From: Bacteroidales bacterium
GTDB lineage: Bacteria; Bacteroidota; Bacteroidia; Bacteroidales; FEN-979
Reading direction: 5' to 3'
Assembly (NCBI GenBank): GCA_016783905.1
Contig: JADHVQ010000003.1
Span: 1-63,568 of the forward strand
Length of the DNA: 63,568 bases
Shown: positions 40,449 through 50,805 of the stretch, in pieces
How positions within the stretch are numbered: position 1 is the stretch's first letter
Layout of the letters: each line of letters opens with the position of its first letter
Made by a program: the position numbers and the translations under genes
The notes under the pieces: model-generated
The model's database searches: none
The model's input: only the letters and a program-made list of their open reading frames with translations
Told to the model about the DNA's origin: nothing

Positions 40449-41614
40449 TACAGCAAATAATTCTCCCGCATCTTCTTAAAGGCAGTGAGTTCATCCTGCC
40501 ATGATTGACGGATCTCTGCCTCCGGGATTCCGCTGAGGATCTGTTGCCTCAATCGATCCGTTCCGGCCAGTTTATCAAAGTAAGCAGTGAAGAAATCCGG
40601 ACTGCTCCCCAGGTTTTTAAAAGCCATCATCAGCCAGGCGAGGTTGATCCGCCCAAACATGGCAGGATGTGTACCGTAAAAATTACGCAGATCGAGCCCC
40701 CGGCATAACGCTCCTTCATGAGGTGGATGAAGGCTTTTCCCGGGCATGCTCTCGGGAGTGAAAGAGAAGGAGAATCCTTTCATCACCGGGTGGCCGAAAA
40801 CTTCAAACGGATAACAGGTACCCCTTCCTAAACTGATGTCGGTCCCTTCAAAAAGGCAGAGAGAAGGATACAGATAGATAGCATTCGGGGTAGGAAGATT
40901 CGGAGACGGGGCCTCCTGAATCTCCACAAATGTATGATGCGTCCAGTTCTCCATGGGTACTACTTCCAGTCCGCAACGAATGCCATCCTTCAGCCAGCGC
41001 TCACCGTTTACCATTCGGGCATATTCGCCAATGGTCATCCCATAGACCACCGGAACCGGGTGCAGTCCGACGAACGACGAGAACCGTGGATCCAATACCG
41101 GTCCGTCGATGTAAAAACCGTTTGGATTGGGCCGGTCAAAAACCAGGACCGGGATACCTGCTTCCGCACATGCCTCCATAACATAGCTCAAGGTAGAGAT
41201 GTAGGTATAGAACCTGACTCCCACATCTTGGATATCAAAAACTACCAGATCGATTCCTTCCAGGTGCTCACGCTCCGGTTTCCTGTTTTTCCCGTAAAGG
41301 GAGACAACCTCCACCCCAGACACACTTTCGGTGCTATTCTCCACCAGCACACCTGCGCCAACCTGCTGCCGGAACCCGTGCTCGGGTGAAAATATCTTCA
41401 CCACCTCACATCCCATCGCTATCAGGGTATCAACCGTATTGACCCCATGCACCACGGAAGCGCTGTTTGCAACCACCCCGATCCGCTTCCCCTCCAATAA
41501 GGAGAGGTAATCATCCGTACGTTCCACCCCGCTCACCACCTGCCCGAAAGCCAATCCACAACAACCAATCAACAAAAACCATCCAACCAAAACAAAAAAA
41601 ATTGAATTTTTCAT
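40442..41614 (-). CDS. namZ: Exo-beta-N-acetylmuramidase NamZ (DUF1343)
   Basis: FSPEHG, FDIQDVGVRFYTYIST, DRPNP, PSPNLP, LFEGT, GRGT. Confidence 0.88.
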   Translation of the reverse strand: MKNSIFFVLVGWFLLIGCCGLAFGQVVSGVERTDDYLSLLEGKRIGVVANSASVVHGVNTVDTLIAMGCEVVKIFSPEHGFRQQVGAGVLVENSTESVSGVEVVSLYGKNRKPEREHLEGIDLVVFDIQDVGVRFYTYISTLSYVMEACAEAGIPVLVFDRPNPNGFYIDGPVLDPRFSSFVGLHPVPVVYGMTIGEYARMVNGERWLKDGIRCGLEVVPMENWTHHTFVEIQEAPSPNLPTPNAIYLYPSLCLFEGTDISLGRGTCYPFEVFGHPVMKGFSFSFTPESMPGKSLHPPHEGALCRGLDLRNFYGTHPAMFGRINLAWLMMAFKNLGSSPDFFTAYFDKLAGTDRLRQQILSGIPEAEIRQSWQDELTAFKKMRENYLLYE

Positions 41615-41636
41615 AACAACACCCCTTCTTGGAATC

Positions 41637-41676
41637 CACCAACTCACCAGTTCACCAACTCACCAACTCACAAGTT
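41637..41676. repeat. Octamer array (CACCAACT-like)x5
   Basis: caccaact caccagtt caccaact caccaact cacaagtt between divergent genes. Confidence 0.85.
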
Positions 41677-41719
41677 CCTCCACAAATTTACTACTTTTGC
41701 AACAGCAACCCATCTCCCC

Positions 41720-42940
41720 TTGAACACCGAACTCTTTATCGCCAACCGGATGGTCGCCCGCACGAAAGCCAACTTCTCCAGGCCCATCGTGATCATCGCT
41801 ATCATCAGCATTGCATTGGGGCTTTCGGTGATGTTTCTATCCATAGCTATTCTCAGTGGATTTCAGAAAGAGATCCGGGAAAAGGTGATCGGCTTCGGAG
41901 GGCACATCCAGGTAACCAGCTTCGAGGAGAACCAATCATTTGAACCCAAACCCATCCGGAAAGACCAGGAATTTCTGTCATCCCTGAATAACCTTGACGG
42001 AATCAGGCACATCCAGGTATTTGCAACCAAAGCCGGCATCATTAAAACCGATGACCAGATCCAGGGAGTCGTACTAAAGGGGGTTGGGAGTGACTTCGAC
42101 TGGTCCTTTTTTAATAGTAAGATCAAGGAAGGAAGACATTTTCTGGCCACTGATACGGGCCGGACAGATGAGGTGATCATCTCCAGGAAGCTCTGTAATC
42201 TGCTTACCCTGAAACTACATGACGACCTGAGAATGTATTTTATTGCGGGAGATCACGTGCTGGGCCGGAAATTCAGCATTGTTGGGATCTATGAAACGGG
42301 ATTGGAAGAGTTTGATGATTTGTATGTGCTGGGAGATATTCACCACATCCGAAGACTGAACAGGTGGGAACCGGGAGAGGTTGGCGGACTGGAGATCCTG
42401 ATCGATGATTTCAATGAGATCGACAGACTGGGGAAGTCGGTCTATCAAAGCATTGGATTCAACCTCGATGCCTCTACCATCAAACAATTGTACCCGCAAA
42501 TATTCGATTGGCTTGCCCTGCAGGATATCAACGTGCTGATCATCCTGATCCTGATGATCCTGGTGGCCGGAATCACAATGATCTCCACCCTGTTGATCCT
42601 GATCCTGGAACGAACCAATACGATTGGCGTGCTGAAAGCTCTGGGGATGAATAACCGGTCTGTTCGAAAGATTTTCCTCTACCAGTCGGTATTCATCATC
42701 GGCCTCGGATTGCTCTTCGGGAACATAGCCGGGTTCGGTTTAGCATTTCTTCAGAAAAGTTTTGGATTGATCACCTTGCCGCAAGAATCCTACTACATGT
42801 CTGTAGTGCCAATATACCTCGATGGTTGGAATATCCTGATTCTGAATCTCGGCACATTACTGATCTGCTACCTGATGCTCATCATTCCCTCCATGATCAT
42901 CACCCGGATTACACCGATTAAAGCCATCCGGTTCAATTGA
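41720..42940 (+). CDS. Lipoprotein-releasing ABC permease (LolC/E family)
   Basis: IAIISIALG, ILERTNTIGVLKALG, YYMSVVP, PIKAIRF. Confidence 0.88.
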   Translation: MNTELFIANRMVARTKANFSRPIVIIAIISIALGLSVMFLSIAILSGFQKEIREKVIGFGGHIQVTSFEENQSFEPKPIRKDQEFLSSLNNLDGIRHIQVFATKAGIIKTDDQIQGVVLKGVGSDFDWSFFNSKIKEGRHFLATDTGRTDEVIISRKLCNLLTLKLHDDLRMYFIAGDHVLGRKFSIVGIYETGLEEFDDLYVLGDIHHIRRLNRWEPGEVGGLEILIDDFNEIDRLGKSVYQSIGFNLDASTIKQLYPQIFDWLALQDINVLIILILMILVAGITMISTLLILILERTNTIGVLKALGMNNRSVRKIFLYQSVFIIGLGLLFGNIAGFGLAFLQKSFGLITLPQESYYMSVVPIYLDGWNILILNLGTLLICYLMLIIPSMIITRITPIKAIRFN

Positions 42941-42966
42941 TTCTCAGACTTTACGCAGAACCGTGT

Positions 42967-43695
42967 TCAAGTCCTCCCGGAATTCCTTGTATGCAACCCA
43001 CACTCTTTGAGATCCGGTTGTTCCCACCACCAACGACCGGCCCGGGATTCCTCTTCCGGAAGAACAGCACGTGTGCAGGGGAGGCATCCGATACTGGGGA
43101 AACCCTTATCATGAAGCGTGTTATATGGGATCTTATGGTCCCTGATAAAGGTCCAGACATCCTGATCCTTCCAATCGATCAAAGGATTGACTTTGATCAG
43201 GGCCAGATTCACATCCCAGGCAAGAGCCCCGGTATCACCACGTGTAACAGATTGCTCCCGGCGCAATCCCGTAATCCAGATCTCCATCCCATCCAACGCA
43301 CGTTTCAGCGGTTCGATCTTGCGGATGTGACAGCATAACTTACGGTCTTCAATGCTGTCGTAAAAAAGGTTGATCCCCTTTGTATTCACCATCTTTTCCA
43401 CTTTTGCTGCTTCAGGGAAATAGACCTCAAATGGAAGGTGATACCGGTGCCTGGTGATCTCGAGCAGTTCATAGGTCTCCTGGAATAACCGGCCCGTATC
43501 CAGTGTAAAAAGCTTAACGGGTTTTCCTGTACCTGCCAGCATGTGGGTAAGTACCTGGTCTTCGGCACCCAGACTGCTGCTGAAGGCGACCTTGCCGGGA
43601 TGCCGTTCCAGGAAAAATTCAATCAGCTCAACCGGGGATAGGGATAGGTCTTCCTTGGTATACCTGTCAAAAGCTTTCTTCAAGTCTCTTTTCAT
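42967..43695 (-). CDS. cysH: Adenylyl-sulfate (APS/PAPS) reductase, Fe-S type
   Basis: LDTG, CCHIRK, TGLRREQS, SIGCLPCT, RAGRW, ECGLH. Confidence 0.92.
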   Translation of the reverse strand: MKRDLKKAFDRYTKEDLSLSPVELIEFFLERHPGKVAFSSSLGAEDQVLTHMLAGTGKPVKLFTLDTGRLFQETYELLEITRHRYHLPFEVYFPEAAKVEKMVNTKGINLFYDSIEDRKLCCHIRKIEPLKRALDGMEIWITGLRREQSVTRGDTGALAWDVNLALIKVNPLIDWKDQDVWTFIRDHKIPYNTLHDKGFPSIGCLPCTRAVLPEEESRAGRWWWEQPDLKECGLHTRNSGRT

Positions 43696-43783
43696 TTCAA
43701 TTTGTGAAATTACAAAAATCCAATTACCACATGCAACTTCCTGCATGCAAAATAATCGTAATTTTGAGTTTCAACCTTCCTCT

Positions 43784-45133
43784 ATGCGTGTTCATTTTAT
43801 CGCTATCGGTGGTAGTGCCATGCACAACCTCGCCATCGCCCTTCATCAAAAAGGATACACTGTTACCGGCTCCGATGATGAGATCTTTGAACCCTCAAAA
43901 AGTCGCCTGGCAACCTTTGGACTACTCCCACCCACAGAAGGATGGTTTCCAGAACGGATCCACCCCGAACTGGATGCCGTGATCCTGGGGATGCATGCCA
44001 AAGCCGATAATCCTGAACTGAAAAGGGCCAGGGAACTGGGGCTACGCATTTTCTCCTACCCTGACTACCTGTATGAACAGGCCAGAAATAAAACCCGGGT
44101 GGTCATCGGCGGAAGCCACGGAAAGACGACCATCACGGCGATGATCCTTCACGTGCTGAAAAAAAACGGGATCGACTGTGATTTCATGGTCGGAGCTCAG
44201 CTCGAAGGATTTGATGTGATGGTGAAACTGAGCGATGAAGCGCCGGTTATGATCATTGAAGGGGACGAATACCTCACCTCCCCCCTCGACCGGCGTCCCA
44301 AATTCCATCTATACCGGCCCGATATCGCGTTGCTGAGCGGGGTAGCATGGGACCACATCAACGTCTTCCCCTCCTTCGAAAATTACGTGGAGCAGTTTAC
44401 CGAATTTATCCGGCTGATCACACCCCGCGGAACCCTCATTTTCTGTGACGAGGACGAGGTGCTTCAAGCCATTTGCTGCAAAACCAGGAAGGATATTACC
44501 CTGATTCCCTATACCACTCCCTCCTACCTGGTTGAACACGGAACCACCTCAGTACTGACCGATCATGGTCCCTTCCCCCTCCTGATCTTCGGCCGCCATA
44601 ACCTCCTGAATCTGAATGGTGCCCGTCTCGTATGCAATCAACTGGGGATCACGGATCTGGCATTTTACCAGGCCATTACCACCTTTCCCGGCGCCTCCAA
44701 ACGGCTGGAACTGCTGGCAAGCGAAGGAACATTCACGATGTTCAGAGACTTTGCCCATGCCCCATCCAAGGTTAAAGCCACCACCGCAGCCATGAAGGAA
44801 CAGTACCCCGGCCGGAGGTTGGTCGCTTGCCTGGAGTTGCATACTTACTCCAGCCTGAGTGAGGATTTCCTGCCCCACTATGCCGGTACCATGGATCAGG
44901 CCGATGTGGCCATCGTCTACTTCAATCCCCATGCTATTCAGTTGAAACGGCTCCCGGCTATCACACCCGACCAGATCAAAGCCGGATTCAACCACCCTGG
45001 CCTGGAGGTGTTCGATGATTCAACAAAACTGATGGAACGGTTATCGGAACTCCCGAAAGAGCATGCAGTCTTCCTGATGATGAGCTCCGGAAACTTTGAC
45101 GGACTGGATTTGAAACTAATAGAACGCAGATAA
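43784..45133 (+). CDS. Mur ligase family protein (Mpl/MurC-like)
   Basis: HFIAIGGSAM, GSHGKTT, EGDEY, DHIN, DFAHAP, MSSGNF. Confidence 0.88.
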   Translation: MRVHFIAIGGSAMHNLAIALHQKGYTVTGSDDEIFEPSKSRLATFGLLPPTEGWFPERIHPELDAVILGMHAKADNPELKRARELGLRIFSYPDYLYEQARNKTRVVIGGSHGKTTITAMILHVLKKNGIDCDFMVGAQLEGFDVMVKLSDEAPVMIIEGDEYLTSPLDRRPKFHLYRPDIALLSGVAWDHINVFPSFENYVEQFTEFIRLITPRGTLIFCDEDEVLQAICCKTRKDITLIPYTTPSYLVEHGTTSVLTDHGPFPLLIFGRHNLLNLNGARLVCNQLGITDLAFYQAITTFPGASKRLELLASEGTFTMFRDFAHAPSKVKATTAAMKEQYPGRRLVACLELHTYSSLSEDFLPHYAGTMDQADVAIVYFNPHAIQLKRLPAITPDQIKAGFNHPGLEVFDDSTKLMERLSELPKEHAVFLMMSSGNFDGLDLKLIERR

Positions 45134-45159
45134 CGCGGATAAAACGGATTTTCGCGGAT
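45123..45159. repeat. 9-10-mer array with CGCGGAT core
   Basis: aacgcagat aacgcggat aaaacggat tttcgcggat; overlaps the mpl stop. Confidence 0.8.
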
Positions 45160-45262
45160 ATCATTCGTAAATCCAAAATCGAATCAATCGGAGATCCCTT
45201 ACGCGCAACCTATTTCAATTTCGCAAAACAAATCATATCTTTGTTAATGTGAATCCTTCCCA

Positions 45263-48200
45263 GTGAAAACAAAGATCATCATCGTGTTGATTTTGATCTC
45301 ACCTCTGGTGACTTTATCCCAGGGGGAATTCAATATTTGGTATTTCGGAAATAAAGCCGGCCTGGATTTTAATACTGTTCCGCCAACTCCCCTTCATAAT
45401 AGTGCTATGTGGATCGCTGCTACTGCAACTGTGAGCATCTCAGATTCACTGGGGAACTTATTGTTTTATTCAAATGGTGCAATGGTTTGGAATAGAAATC
45501 ACCAAGTTATGCCAAATGGAAACGGCTTAGTGTTTGGAATGAACTATTCGCAACCGGTATATGCCGTGAAATCTATTGGGGAAGATAGTATTAATTATTT
45601 GTTTTGTTTACAAGAACCGGAATTTCCGACCTATGAGGTTGGACTTTTTTATTCGGTCATTGATATGTGTCTCGACGGAGGCTTCGGCGATGTTGTCATT
45701 GGAATGAAAAACCTGCCAGTGACCGGAGCAGAAGAAGCAAGGGATAAGCTTCACGGTACCAGGCATAATAATAACCGGGATGCCTGGATTGTCACAAAGA
45801 ATTATGATACATGGGATTTTGCAGCTTATCTTATTACATCAACTGGTATAAGCAACTCACCGGTATTAAGTTCAAGCATTGTTCATGACATAAATGCAGA
45901 ACGGTCAGGCGAAATGAAAATATCACAGGATGGCAATAAATTGTGCGCAACATATAGAACTAACGTTCCAAATTATCCAGGGTACACAATAGCAGAGTTT
46001 TGTGATTTTGATAAAACAACTGGTATCATTTCCCCATTATTTAGATTTAAGCCAGTATTTGATACTATTGTCTGGCACGCAAATTATACCGAATTTTCAC
46101 CGGATTCAAAATTGCTATATATTATAGCCGAAAGCGGTTACTACCCAATAATGGGTTGTTTTCAATATTATGCCTCGAAAACAGATTCGACCGAGTTTAT
46201 GCAAAGCCAAACAGTCATAAGTTATTCTTATGGAGCAGTGACTCGTGGTTTACAAATAGCACCCGATGGAAAAATATACGGATGCAAACCGTTTATTGAT
46301 TCACTCAGTGTCATTAATAATCCCAACATTCAAGGAATTGGGTGTAATTTCCAGTTAAATGGGATAAGTCTTGATGGAAGAATTAGTTATGAAGGTCTTC
46401 CCCAATTCCTCCAAAAAATATAAAGCATACATTCATCACACAGGTTTTTGCCAGAATGATTCCTTTTATTTCTCGTCCGATATCTGGCCGCCTCCAGACA
46501 GCATCCACTGGGATTTCGGGGATCCTGCATCCGGCGCTGCAAACTATTCCAACGACACCGCACCATCGCATATTTACACACTCCCTGGACAATACACGGT
46601 TGAACTGTTTGTCCGGCATATCGATAACCGGACCGATACCTCCTGGGTAACGATCATTATTCATGAAACGCCGGCTCCGGAATTAGGTAATGATACCACC
46701 ATCTGCCAGGGAGATTCGGTTACATTTGATGCTGGTTTCTGTTCAGGTTGTACTTATGCATGGACAAGCATTCCTCCTGGTTTTTTTTCCACCACTCAAA
46801 TGGTTACCCTCGGTCAGACTGGGATATATGAAGTTAGCATAACATCACCGAATGGTTGTATAGGCAGAGACTCCGTTCAATTGACAGTCACGGTTCCACC
46901 AGTAATAACAAATACCCCTCTTTCAAAGTCAATTTGTTCCGGGGAATCCACAGACATTCCATTAGCTTCCAATGTTCCGGCTACAACCTTTGCCTGGACA
47001 GCCATGGGCTCTTCGCTATTTGTTTCCGGCTTTGCCCCAGGCGCAGGTGATACAATAGACCAGATGCTAATAAACACCGGATCAGGAGATGAAACTGTGA
47101 CCTATACCATCACTCCTGCTGTGGGTGGCTGTGTGGGTGATTCGGTTCAATACGTGGTAACGGTCAACCCGGTAGACACTATTTTGGTTATAATTTCTTC
47201 TGAGGATCTACTCCCGCTTATCAATGGAAAGTCAACGGAATGGATGAAGGGACAAATGACTCTGTTTTTGCTTATATACCCAGTAATGGAGACACTATAA
47301 CCTGTGTACTTACTTCCTCTGATTCTATCTGTACTACCAATAATCCGGCAACCTCGAACGCAATCATTATGACAGTATATCCCGATTTACTCGTCGGTAT
47401 TTCTATCACACCTTCGGGTAATCCTGTCTGTGAAGGAATGCCGGTAACTTTCACGGTAACACCCACTAATGGAGGCAGTTCCCCAACATACCAATGGCAA
47501 GTCAATACAATCAATGCAGGAATGAACAATGCAGAATTTACATATACCCCGATAAATGGGGATATTGTGAGTTGTATGCTCACATCTTCCGAACTATGTA
47601 CATCCAACAATCCGGCATCCAGCAATCCAGTCATCATGATCGTCGTGGAAACCCCTGAAGTGACTTTCACCCCTTGTTTCGATACCATCACCACACTCAA
47701 CGCCAAACCTTTTAAGCTCAAAGGAGGAATCCCCCTGGGAGGAACCTATACCGGTCCGGGAGTGGATCAGATCACCGCTTATTTCAATCCGGCCATGGCG
47801 GGTATTGGCACCCATCAGGTCACATACAGTTATACCAATTTTGCCTTCTGTTCCGGCTCAGAAAACAGAAGCATCCAGGTTTTCCCCTCATCCCTCATGG
47901 CTTGTGGCTCATGGCTCGTCGATATTCGGGACAGTACGACATATCTGACAGTTCAACTAGGCTCCCAATGCTGGATGGCAGCGAACCTGAACTACGGCAC
48001 TGAAATCCCACATACGACCCCCCAACGCGATAACTGCCTCCCCGAAAAATATTCTCGTCCTTCGTCCCTCATCCCTCTTCCTTCGTTCTATCAGTGGGAC
48101 GAACTCATGTGTTACCAGGATGCTGAAGAACTCCAAGGCCTCTGGCCCACCCGGCTGGCATATACCTTCCGAAGCCGACTGGAACACACTGTTCTCCAAC

Positions 48201-48452
48201 TGGATCAACAACGCCTTTGCCGGGGCGCCGTTGAAATATTCGGGATATTCCGGATTCAACGCGTTTCTGAATGGGGCAGCGTTTTTTAATAAGGTTTGGG
48301 AGTATGATGCATTCGCCACCTTCTTCTGGTCCTCTACCTCACACGGGCCGTTTAAAGCATGGGCACACGGAATAAACGAGTACAACTATTCGGTGTCTTA
48401 TTATCCGAGTTATCGGGCGAATGCGTTTGCGGTGAGGTGTATGCGGGATTGA
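45263..48452 (+). pseudogene. Large secreted protein (beta-propeller-like N-terminus, PKD, Ig-like repeats, C-terminal FISUMP/Fib_succ_major domain) broken into four ORFs
   Basis: NIWYFGNKAGLDF start; WDFGDP..HIY..PGQYTV (PKD); two GGS.P.YQW.VN repeats; TVQLGSQCWMAANLN, YQWDE, GWHIPS, FWSST, AVRC. Breaks at about 46415 (+1 A), 47200 (deletion) and 48143 (+1 G). Confidence 0.8.
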
Positions 48453-48456
48453 TTCA

Positions 48457-48651
48457 TTACGCCACCTCATATTCAAATTTCATGGGCTGGGGTATCTTTT
48501 TGGATGCATTAAGTACTTCAATCCCGATGATAGATCCGTCTTTATCATAATCCAAAATAATTCCCGGCTTACCCTCATCACTTTCTTTAACCTCAGCTTC
48601 AGAAAAAGAAATGAAAAGGACATCTACTGACTTGTCATATTTTATTTTCAT
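48457..48651 (-). CDS. DUF2283 family small protein (putative antitoxin)
   Basis: MKIKYDKSVDVLFI...IILDYDKDGSIIGIEVLNASK. Confidence 0.85.
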   Translation of the reverse strand: MKIKYDKSVDVLFISFSEAEVKESDEGKPGIILDYDKDGSIIGIEVLNASKKIPQPMKFEYEVA

Positions 48652-48892
48652 GGTACTTTGTTATTTTCGATGTTCTATAAACGGTAATTACAAGAGGTGG
48701 CACTTTAAATATGTTGACAAATACCCGTATAAGATACTTCCCCTGATCTGATTCCTCTATTTTCTGATAAATCGTATAATTCTCTTCTGAAATTCTCTGA
48801 TCCGGAAAATCAATAACTTTTTTCACAACCTCTTCTGAAATCCCTCTACGGGACATTTGGTCTAACGCATGTTGTGATAGAGAGAATTCCAT
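48635..48892 (-). CDS. DUF4258 family protein (putative RelE-like toxin)
   Basis: LSQHALDQMSRRGIS...LIRVFV...VITVYRTSKITKY; overlaps DUF2283; own -7 box near 48925. Confidence 0.8.
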   Translation of the reverse strand: MEFSLSQHALDQMSRRGISEEVVKKVIDFPDQRISEENYTIYQKIEESDQGKYLIRVFVNIFKVPPLVITVYRTSKITKYHENKI

Positions 48893-48960
48893 TCTAAATT
48901 TTTATTCCCGACTTTTTTACAAAGATAAGGAATAATGAGGAACGGAATGTTGGGGCAAGC

Positions 48961-49011
48961 TTTCCAAGTTGCCGGGCAAATGCGTTTTCGGTGAGGTGTT
49001 TACGTGATTGA
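48961..49011 (+). repeat. Orphan second copy of the FISUMP gene 3' end
   Basis: Encodes FPSCRANAFSVRCLRD*, versus YPSYRANAFAVRCMRD* at 48402-48452; 42/51 nt identical by manual alignment. Confidence 0.85.
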
Positions 49012-49040
49012 GTAACGAAAATTTCGCTATTTAATTATGG

Positions 49041-49141
49041 AACGCGGATATTCGCGGATTTCACTGGGAAGGAATTTGTACTTCTAAGTTCTACGTTCTA
49101 CCTTCCAGTTTGCATTTCTTACTTCTGACTTCTGGCTTCTC
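49041..49141. repeat. CGCGGAT-core repeat followed by nnTTCT(A/G) heptamer arrays
   Basis: aacgcggat attcgcggat; acttcta agttcta cgttcta ccttcca; atttctt acttctg acttctg gcttctc, up to the rho stop. Confidence 0.78.
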
Positions 49142-49143
49142 TT

Positions 49144-50805
49144 CTAGCTGTTCATTGAGATCAGAAACTCCTCATTCGTAGCTGTGAACTTCATCTTCTC
49201 TTTCAGGAATTCCATTGCCTCAAGCGGTGTCATGTCGGCCAAATGGTTCCGGAGAATCCAGATACGGCCAAGGATATCTTTCTCAAGTAAAAGATCTTCA
49301 CGACGGGTACTGGAAGCGACAATGTCAACTGCCGGCCAGATACGCTTGTTGGAAAGTTTACGGTCCAGTTGAAGCTCCATGTTCCCGGTTCCCTTAAACT
49401 CCTCGAAGATCACTTCGTCCATCTTGGATCCTGTGTCAATCAACGCTGTGGCAATGATTGTCAGGGATCCGCCATGTTCGATCTGACGAGCTGCGCCAAA
49501 GAAACGTTTGGGTTTTTGAAGCGCATTGGCCTCAACCCCACCCGACAACACCTTCCCGGAAGCGGGAGCCACCGTGTTGTATGCGCGAGCGAGACGGGTG
49601 ATAGAGTCGAGCAGGATCACCACATCATGTCCGCATTCTACCAGCCGTTTGGCTTTTTCGAGAACGATGTTGGATATCCGTGCGTGACGTTCAGCCGGTT
49701 CATCAAAGGTCGATGAAATCACTTCGCCCTTTACACTGCGTGCCATATCGGTTACCTCCTCAGGACGCTCATCAATCAGCAATACGATCAGATAGACATC
49801 CGGATGATTGGCAGCAATTGCATTGGCGATCTCCTTTAGCAAAACTGTTTTTCCTGTCTTTGGCTGTGCTACGATCAATCCGCGTTGTCCGAATCCGATT
49901 GGAGCAAACATATCAATGATGCGGGTTGAAGTGGTGCACTCCGGATGACCGGTCAGCTTGAACTTCTTCATCGGAAAAAGAGGCGTGAGGAAATCGAAAG
50001 GGATCCGGTCTCGAACATCCTCTGCTTTCTTGCCGTTGATCAACTCTACTTTAATTAATGGGAAATATTTTTCTCCCTCTTTCGGAGGACGGATGGTGCC
50101 ACGTACCGTGTCGCCGGTCTTCAGGCCAAACAGCTTGATCTGCGACTGGGAAACATATACATCATCCGGGGAGTTCAGGTAATTGTAATCAGAAGAACGG
50201 AGAAATCCATAGCCATCTGCCATGATCTCCAGGACTCCTTCGGTGGTGATGATCCCTTCAAACTCAAAGGTATACTCCTCACGATGACGCTCGGTCGTAT
50301 GTTTTCGTGGCTGCTCACGGTTCCTTTTATCATCCTGCTGCGAAGCAGATCCAACCTCACTACCACTTAATTCTTTCTCTTTAACGGACTCAGAGGGCAG
50401 ATCGGAAGAGACTTTACCGACTATCGTCAGTTCCTCATCGGGTTTAGGATGGCTTTTTTCAACCGGCTTGTAAAACTCTTTTTTCTTGTCAACTGCAGGC
50501 TCTTTTTTCTCCTCCCTGGGTGCCTCTTTCTCAGGTTTGGATTTGGTCTTGTTATCTGCTTCAATACCTGCTTTGGCCTCCTCCTTACGCGGACGCACAA
50601 CCTTACGGGGGCGTCCCCGGCCACGCTTCACCTCTTTTTTCTCTTTGGTAATATCATCCTGAGTAGGATTCAGAGCCTGGTGGTCAAGTATCTTGTAAAT
50701 TAACTCCTGCTTCTCAAGCTTATCCACTTTGGGAATGTTCATGGATTTCGCAATCTCACGAATCTCAGACAGTTCTTTACTGTCGAGTGAAATAATGTCG
50801 TACAT
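49144..50805 (-). CDS. rho: Transcription termination factor Rho with a charged N-terminal insertion
   Basis: [53 protein letters not shown]. Confidence 0.97.
   Translation of the reverse strand: MYDIISLDSKELSEIREIAKSMNIPKVDKLEKQELIYKILDHQALNPTQDDITKEKKEVKRGRGRPRKVVRPRKEEAKAGIEADNKTKSKPEKEAPREEKKEPAVDKKKEFYKPVEKSHPKPDEELTIVGKVSSDLPSESVKEKELSGSEVGSASQQDDKRNREQPRKHTTERHREEYTFEFEGIITTEGVLEIMADGYGFLRSSDYNYLNSPDDVYVSQSQIKLFGLKTGDTVRGTIRPPKEGEKYFPLIKVELINGKKAEDVRDRIPFDFLTPLFPMKKFKLTGHPECTTSTRIIDMFAPIGFGQRGLIVAQPKTGKTVLLKEIANAIAANHPDVYLIVLLIDERPEEVTDMARSVKGEVISSTFDEPAERHARISNIVLEKAKRLVECGHDVVILLDSITRLARAYNTVAPASGKVLSGGVEANALQKPKRFFGAARQIEHGGSLTIIATALIDTGSKMDEVIFEEFKGTGNMELQLDRKLSNKRIWPAVDIVASSTRREDLLLEKDILGRIWILRNHLADMTPLEAMEFLKEKMKFTATNEEFLISMNS

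Noticed and set aside
48402..49011. Diversity-generating retroelement VR/TR pair (FISUMP-like domains are known DGR targets)
   Set aside because: Only 3 of the 9 mismatches fall at adenines whichever copy is taken as template, the repeat is only about 51 nt, and there is no reverse transcriptase in the window.
48457..49011. Integron cassette with an attC site
   Set aside because: No convincing RYYYAAC...GTTRRRY palindrome and no integrase.
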